Shown here piece after piece: positions 16,582-21,759 of a stretch of 21,759 nt of DNA. Source of the DNA: Promethearchaeota archaeon (GTDB lineage Archaea > Asgardarchaeota > Lokiarchaeia > Sigyniarchaeales > SOKP01). A program made the position numbers and the translations under genes. The stretch lies in the NCBI GenBank assembly GCA_016926735.1, contig JAFGOA010000147.1:1-21759 (forward strand). Direction: 5' to 3'. Position 1 is the stretch's first letter, and the number at the start of each line of letters is the position of its first letter. Under the pieces are notes generated by a model. It ran no database searches. It saw only the letters and a program-made list of their open reading frames with translations, and was not told where the DNA came from.

Positions 16582-18123
16582 TTATTTGTATGATTCCTCT
16601 CTTAACCATTTAATTGGATTAATATATAAATCTCTTATATCTGCTCTCTGAAATTTTAACATAGCTAATCGTTCAAGTCCTAATCCCCATGCAAGCACTC
16701 TTGTTGGATTTTTAATTCCCCATGGATAAGTTACTTCTGGCCGAAATAAGCCTGATCCTCCCATCTCTAACCATTTTCCTAATTTATCATAATATACAGA
16801 TATTTCCATACTAGGTTCTGTGTATGGAAAAAATCCTGGTCTTGTTATAATTTTTTCAAAACCCATTTTTTTGTAAAATTCAACTATGATCCCTATTAAA
16901 TTACTGAGACTAACATTCTCATCTATAACAATTCCTTCTATTTGTGTAAATTCTGCTAAATGAGATTTATCTAATTTCTCATTTCGAAATACTCTATCAA
17001 TTGAAAAAACCTTAATAGGTGTTTTATCATTATTTTTATAATATTCCGCAAGTCTTCTGATTGTTGTAGCTGTTGTATGCGTCCTCAATAATGTTTTCTT
17101 TGCTATATTCTCATTCCAATTGTAATTCCATCCAATAGAACCAGAATCTCCTCCATTTTCATGTGTGGCCTTTATAGCTTGAACAACTTTATTTTGAGGT
17201 AATTTTGCAGATTTTGGATTTTTAAGATAAAAAGTATCATGTAGTTCTCTTGCAGGATGATCCTGTGGTTGAAATAAAGCATCAAAATTAAAGAAAGCGC
17301 TTTCAACAATAGGTCCTCTGATTTCTGTAAAACCCATTGATAAAAAAATCTCTCTAATTTCATTTATTAAGTATATCATGGGATGGATTTTACCACTTTG
17401 AATCAATTTTCCGGGTTTAGATATATCAAAAGGTTTTATATTTACATCTTTCCAACTACCCGATGTAATCATTTCTGAGGTTAATTTACTTACTTGCTCT
17501 AATTCTTTAATTTGAGATAAGGCTACTTTTTTTCCTTTTTCTGTTAATATAATCTGTCTTTGGATTTTATTTTCTCTTTTAACTAATTTTCTTTTGTTAA
17601 GTATATCAATTATTTTCTTTTCTTCAAGTGAAAGATTCAAATAATCGAGGTTATTATTCTTTCGAAATTTATTTAGGAATGTCTCTATATTTGTTTCAGG
17701 ATACTCTTCTTGTATGAGTACTATTTTTATATCTTCACCAACTTTGCTTTGAGCTATCCATCTATTTTTCTTCATATAATTTATACCAATATAGAAAATT
17801 TTTTTATCAAATTTCGATAGATTAAGAAAATCTAATAGTGATAATTCTTGATGATTGCTTGATAATAAGATATTAAGTAATTGTCTTTCTGGAAGGCCCT
17901 TCTCTAAATATAAAATACCTTCTTTATTTAGCGATACTTGGTTAACTTCTTTTTCTGTAAAATCTCCAAGATCATTTTTCTTTAAATCATTGATCGCGGA
18001 CATTAAAACAATATAGTCAATATTAAGTTTTTTAGAAAAATCTGAAGCATTAACATAATTTGATTTTATTTTCTTGAGTTCTTTGAAAATGTTAATTGTC
18101 TGCTTTTCTAATTTTATTGTCAT
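16582..18123 (-). CDS. pheS: Phenylalanine--tRNA ligase alpha subunit (long archaeal/eukaryotic type)
   Basis: 513 aa with a long N-terminal extension (GLPE). FFNFDALFQPQDHPARELHDTF, LRTHTT, DRVFRNE..D..HLAEFTQIEG, FFPYTEPS, WGLGLERLAM. Confidence 0.97.
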   Translation of the reverse strand: MTIKLEKQTINIFKELKKIKSNYVNASDFSKKLNIDYIVLMSAINDLKKNDLGDFTEKEVNQVSLNKEGILYLEKGLPERQLLNILLSSNHQELSLLDFLNLSKFDKKIFYIGINYMKKNRWIAQSKVGEDIKIVLIQEEYPETNIETFLNKFRKNNNLDYLNLSLEEKKIIDILNKRKLVKRENKIQRQIILTEKGKKVALSQIKELEQVSKLTSEMITSGSWKDVNIKPFDISKPGKLIQSGKIHPMIYLINEIREIFLSMGFTEIRGPIVESAFFNFDALFQPQDHPARELHDTFYLKNPKSAKLPQNKVVQAIKATHENGGDSGSIGWNYNWNENIAKKTLLRTHTTATTIRRLAEYYKNNDKTPIKVFSIDRVFRNEKLDKSHLAEFTQIEGIVIDENVSLSNLIGIIVEFYKKMGFEKIITRPGFFPYTEPSMEISVYYDKLGKWLEMGGSGLFRPEVTYPWGIKNPTRVLAWGLGLERLAMLKFQRADIRDLYINPIKWLREESYK

Positions 18124-18153
18124 TTTTGAGATTTTTCTTATTCTAAATATGTA

Positions 18154-18228
18154 TATATTCTTTCTAAATTATCAATTTATTTAAATTTTTTGCTTAAAAC
18201 AGCTCTATCTTTAATTAGAAAGAATATA
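18154..18228. repeat. 14-bp perfect inverted repeat with a 47-nt spacer just upstream of pheS
   Basis: TATATTCTTTCTAA (18154-18167) and TTAGAAAGAATATA (18215-18228). Confidence 0.55.
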
Positions 18229-18314
18229 AATTGAACTATCTTTGATAAAAATAACCTTTTGTAAGTAGATAATATAATTTTTAATTTTTTACATAATAAT
18301 AACATTATACTAAA

Positions 18315-18381
18315 GCCAAGGAATAATCAGAGAGTTAATTCCTTGGCAGAATAAAGCTAGTCAAGAAAAATATTTCTTGAT
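18315..18381. promoter_or_regulatory. Tandem hairpin element (structured RNA, terminator or attenuator candidate) between coaD and pheS
   Basis: GCCAAGGAAT-N13-ATTCCTTGGC (18315-18347, 10 bp with 5 G:C pairs) and TCAAGAAA-AATA-TTTCTTGA (18361-18380). The four arms are related to each other. Confidence 0.6.
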
Positions 18382-18424
18382 TTGATTTGTATAGACTAAA
18401 TTCTTTTAAGTAAATAAGTTTCAT
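18335..18424 (-). other. Candidate 29-aa leader ORF MKLIYLKEFSLYKSNQEIFFLTSFILPRN
   Basis: ATG at 18424 to TAA at 18335 on the pheS strand. It has 4 Phe codons, three clustered (IFFLTSF) over the hairpin arms. Translation is unproven. Confidence 0.25.
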
Positions 18425-18501
18425 GTTTTATTTATACTTTTATTTATCATTAATGAAAATGATATTTTTTTAAAAGATTTTTCTGATAATTTTAAATTTT
18501 A

Positions 18502-18951
18502 TCATATCATATTTTTTCTGATACTTGTTGAACTTATTTTATGTTCAAATTTATCTTTTAAAATAGGGATAACTATGATTATTAAAGGTTTAAATCCTTT
18601 TTTAAGTCTTAGCTCGTTAATTTTTAAAGCATTTGAATATGTTTCTTGACTAACTACTATTGCTTCATATTTTTCTTCATAGATTGGTGGTCCAAATGGG
18701 TCTTTTAGTTCAATTATTTCCACTCTGTTTGGATCTGAAATGCCTGCAATAAATTCTACTATTTTTTTCTTTCGAATCTCATATTTTTCAAGTTTTGATG
18801 CAAATTTCTTATTGTTTAATAATGAGTCACTAATCAAACCAATAACTATTTTCCTTGAAAATTCTAATGCAGTTCTTATTAAAAGCTTATGTCCTTCATG
18901 AAGATGATCAAATGTTCCCCCTAATCCTAGTACATTAAATATTGTGATCAC
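18502..18951 (-). CDS. coaD: Phosphopantetheine adenylyltransferase (archaeal/eukaryote-like type)
   Basis: GGTFDHLHEGHK (HxGH), L.DPFGP, AIVVSQET, IN..R...G..PL, KISSTSIR. Confidence 0.92.
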   Translation of the reverse strand: MITIFNVLGLGGTFDHLHEGHKLLIRTALEFSRKIVIGLISDSLLNNKKFASKLEKYEIRKKKIVEFIAGISDPNRVEIIELKDPFGPPIYEEKYEAIVVSQETYSNALKINELRLKKGFKPLIIIVIPILKDKFEHKISSTSIRKNMI

Positions 18952-18992
18952 CCTTTATAATTATAAATTGTAATATAAATATAAGATAAGCC

Positions 18993-19415
18993 TCAACGTG
19001 TTGGTTTTACGGGATTTTGATTTTTTGTTGTGATGAGAGGTCCTTTTAATTTTACAGAATATATTTGAATTATTTCCATATTAATCTTACAATTATCGCA
19101 TTTTTCAATACGTTTAAAAACATAATCTCCTTCTTCGTAATCTCTAATGATTCTTTTTTTACAACTCTCGCATTGGGATATTGTTAATGTTTGCTTTTTT
19201 GCTTCTGGGGGCTCTTTTTGAATTTGTAAAATACTTGTACCCATACATATAATCATGAATCCCGTTATAAACCGAGTGATATCATTACCAATTAGAGGTG
19301 TATACATTATTACTACACCTAAAATAATAATTAAAATTACTAAAATATGCTTTCCTATTTTCTTCCAAGAAGTACCCTTCTTTAAATACTCATCCTCATC
19401 TTCTTCTTCAATCAT
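18993..19415 (-). CDS. Membrane-anchored Zn-ribbon hypothetical protein
   Basis: Acidic N-terminus, two TM helices, then CESC...RDYEEGDYVFK...CDNC (two CxxC pairs). Confidence 0.8.
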   Translation of the reverse strand: MIEEEDEDEYLKKGTSWKKIGKHILVILIIILGVVIMYTPLIGNDITRFITGFMIICMGTSILQIQKEPPEAKKQTLTISQCESCKKRIIRDYEEGDYVFKRIEKCDNCKINMEIIQIYSVKLKGPLITTKNQNPVKPTR

Positions 19416-19540
19416 ATATAATCTTTGCTTTTTTCTCTCTTAATCTTATAATAGAAAAGATTATATGATTAAATAAATTTTGTTATAATAGAATTATAAA
19501 CCTTCTGAAAGAACTCTTTAAATGGGTTGATATTATAAAC

Positions 19541-20701
19541 ATGATGATTCATCTTAACTTCATAGGATTATTAGGTGGTAATGATAATACAGATCCTTTG
19601 GGATTATTATTTAATGTATTATTTTTTGGTTTTTTTTTAATAATGATGTTTTATGGCCAAAAAATACAAGGTTGGCAAGCCAGTAAACAAATTGAAACCG
19701 CTTTAGATAAATTAAAAAATTGGAACGATGATTGTAAAGAAATTCTATTTAATCAATACAGCAAATATTCGAATGAAAAGGATTCAGATAAAGATGTTAA
19801 AATCAAACTTGAAGAATTAATGCAATTTGTTACCATAGGACCTGTTGATCTTGATCCTTATGGAATTATTCCTAAGTTCGACCATATTATTGATGTAAGA
19901 GATAATCGTTTTGAAAATGAGGTACAAAATATTGCACCAAAAGCGGATAGTATTAAAAGACAAAATTTAGAAAATTTACTAGAAGCATCAATGGCTGTTG
20001 ATATGGTTTATCGCTTGATAAAACATTATCTCATAATGGGTAAAAAATCAAAGTCAATGATTCTTCTAATGTCTATATCTATGCAACTTACTTTAATTAT
20101 GGCTATGGCTAAATCTTATTATAATGCAGCAAAAGCTTTTGCTGAAGGGTCTCCTATTGGTGATGCGCTTGGTCCTATGGTAGTAGGGAGTCTTGTCAGA
20201 GATATTATTATTAATGAAGATGTATCTGCGATTGAAATTGCAAAAGATACAATATATCAACAATTCGAGTTTGAAGGAAGAACAATTTTTGTTGTTAGAG
20301 CAAAAGGTCCCGGAGGTACTGTAGGTAAACCAGGAAAAGCTATAAAAAAGCTTGTTGAAGAACATGGTGAATCAATATCGCGTATAATAACAATCGATGC
20401 TGGGCTTAAATTAGAAGGTGAAAAAACAGGGTCGATTATATTTGGAGTTGGTTCTGCAATTGGTGGCATTGGTATTGAAAAGTCCTATATGGAAGATTCC
20501 TCAACTAAAAATTTAATTCCTATTGAAGCTTTTATATGTAAGCAATCATTAGAGGATGCTATTACAACTATGAACCGTTCAATAACACAATCTGTTCCAA
20601 AAATAGTCACTAAAATTAAAACAGCAATCAGAGAAAGAACTGAAGTAGGAACGAAAGTTATTGTTGCTGGTATCGGTAATACAATCGGAATAGGGATTTA
20701 A
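19541..20701 (+). CDS. DUF1512 family archaeal protein
   Basis: PVDLDPYGI, PIGDALGPMV, AKGPGGTVGKPG, IDAGLKLEGEKTG..GVG.AIGG.G.EK and the terminal GIGNTIGIG match recalled DUF1512 motifs. N-terminal TM helix. Confidence 0.85.
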   Translation: MMIHLNFIGLLGGNDNTDPLGLLFNVLFFGFFLIMMFYGQKIQGWQASKQIETALDKLKNWNDDCKEILFNQYSKYSNEKDSDKDVKIKLEELMQFVTIGPVDLDPYGIIPKFDHIIDVRDNRFENEVQNIAPKADSIKRQNLENLLEASMAVDMVYRLIKHYLIMGKKSKSMILLMSISMQLTLIMAMAKSYYNAAKAFAEGSPIGDALGPMVVGSLVRDIIINEDVSAIEIAKDTIYQQFEFEGRTIFVVRAKGPGGTVGKPGKAIKKLVEEHGESISRIITIDAGLKLEGEKTGSIIFGVGSAIGGIGIEKSYMEDSSTKNLIPIEAFICKQSLEDAITTMNRSITQSVPKIVTKIKTAIRERTEVGTKVIVAGIGNTIGIGI

Positions 20702-20835
20702 TATCTTATTTTTTAACAGTTCACTGATATTTCCATTCTAAATATTTAAATTATAGGAATTTCTATTGATAAAATTATTAATTTCTTTCAAATTATCTTT
20801 ATTATTATTTGGGAATTATAAGGAAAAAGGTAGAT

Positions 20836-21636
20836 ATGATATCAAGTATAGATGATTTAGATTTAATAAAAGAAAAGCAGGTTTTTTTTTTTGATTTAGA
20901 TGGTACAATATATTTAGGAAATAAATTATTTGATAATGTTCTGGAATTAATAGAATTATTAAAAAGAAGAAATAATACAAAATTTTTTTTCCTCTCTAAC
21001 AATTCAAGTAAATCAACTAATGATTACCTGAATAAATTAAATGGGTATAATTTGAATATATCTATCGATAATATTATCTTATCCCAACATCCTGTTATTT
21101 ATTTTTTAAAAAAAGAAGGATATAAGAGAATTTTCTTAATGGGAACTACATCATTGAAAAAAGAATTTGAAAATGAAGGATTTGAACTATCAGAAAAAGA
21201 ACCAGAAATTCTGGTGTTAGCTTTTGATCAAGAATTAACTTATGATAGATTAGTCAAAGCTTCTAAATTTCTTGAAAAAAATATTCCATATATCGCAACC
21301 CATTTGGATGATCGCTGTCCTACAGAAAATGGATATATTCCTGATGCTGGAGGGTTTGCTTCTCTTTTATATAAGACTACAGAAAGGATGCCGAAAGTAT
21401 TTGGAAAGCCAAATAAAGAAATGCTTTTATTCAAACTTCAAGAATTAGATATTCCTCCTAAGAATGCTATTATGTTTGGTGATAGATTATATACTGATAT
21501 AAAAATGGGGAAAAATGCAGGAGTAACAACATGTTGTGTTTTATCTGGAGAAACAAAAATAGATATGATAAAAAATAGTAATGATAAACCAGATCTTGTA
21601 ATTGATGGTGTTTGGAAACTTTTAGATATTCTCTAA
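20836..21636 (+). CDS. HAD-superfamily subfamily IIA hydrolase (NagD-like phosphatase)
   Basis: Motif I FDLDGTIY, motif II LSNNSS, GKP, motif IV GDRLYTDI, VLSGET. ATG at 20836 is preferred to TTG at 20809. Confidence 0.93.
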   Translation: MISSIDDLDLIKEKQVFFFDLDGTIYLGNKLFDNVLELIELLKRRNNTKFFFLSNNSSKSTNDYLNKLNGYNLNISIDNIILSQHPVIYFLKKEGYKRIFLMGTTSLKKEFENEGFELSEKEPEILVLAFDQELTYDRLVKASKFLEKNIPYIATHLDDRCPTENGYIPDAGGFASLLYKTTERMPKVFGKPNKEMLLFKLQELDIPPKNAIMFGDRLYTDIKMGKNAGVTTCCVLSGETKIDMIKNSNDKPDLVIDGVWKLLDIL

Positions 21637-21759
21637 CTAAAATTTATTATTTTTATTTATCATCTTTCTAATGAAGTTTTTATTTATCTTTTGCATATTT
21701 TGAATAACATATATATATTTTTAGAGATATATTAAGAAGATATTTATTTTATACGTAAA

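Noticed and set aside
18124-18501. T-box riboswitch, tRNA or SECIS in the pheS upstream region
   Set aside because: There is no GGTGGNACC T-box core, no cloverleaf or TTCGA arm, and no adjacent gene with an in-frame UGA.
440-21434. Short 62-90 aa ORFs in the track (440-631, 4750-4947, 8849-9043, 10235-10438, 12444-12644, 13877-14071, 17172-17363, 19255-19443, 20093-20365, 20257-20469, 20805-21002, 21240-21434)
   Set aside because: All overlap well-supported genes, either antisense or in another frame, and carry no recognisable motifs. They are shadow ORFs.
1-21759. CRISPR array, IS/transposase, integrase, rRNA/tRNA
   Set aside because: I saw no regularly spaced repeats, recombinase-like ORFs or GC-rich stable-RNA segments.

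Overview
Very AT-rich archaeal chromosomal segment. The archaeal-type PheS/PheT, archaeal CoaD, DUF1512 and low GC suggest an Asgard/Lokiarchaeia-like host, which is an inference. The left half (1-9.7 kb) is a surface-glycan locus: an ABC-2 exporter pair, two GT4s, a membrane GT2 and a three-gene nucleotide-sugar module (SDR-cupin fusion, RmlD-like reductase, WbjD/FnlC-like 2-epimerase). That module is bracketed by a 336-bp direct repeat, whose second copy is an unannotated pseudogene of the first GT4's 3' end. The right half is housekeeping (bacterial-type rph, pheA, pheT, pheS, coaD, Zn-ribbon membrane protein, DUF1512, HAD-IIA). It is interrupted by two tandem GT87/DUF2029-like membrane glycosyltransferases, and a dead copy of the pheA 5' end lies between them. 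Best leads: (1) a multi-hairpin element upstream of pheS with mutually exclusive 1:2/2:3/3:4 pairings and an overlapping Phe-codon-containing short ORF; (2) bacterial RNase PH in an archaeal context; (3) a possible C4-oxidase/3,5-epimerase/reductase/2-epimerase route to an unusual non-deoxy L-amino sugar; (4) two independent recombination scars that point to glycan-cassette swapping. No rRNA, tRNA, CRISPR or transposase was seen.
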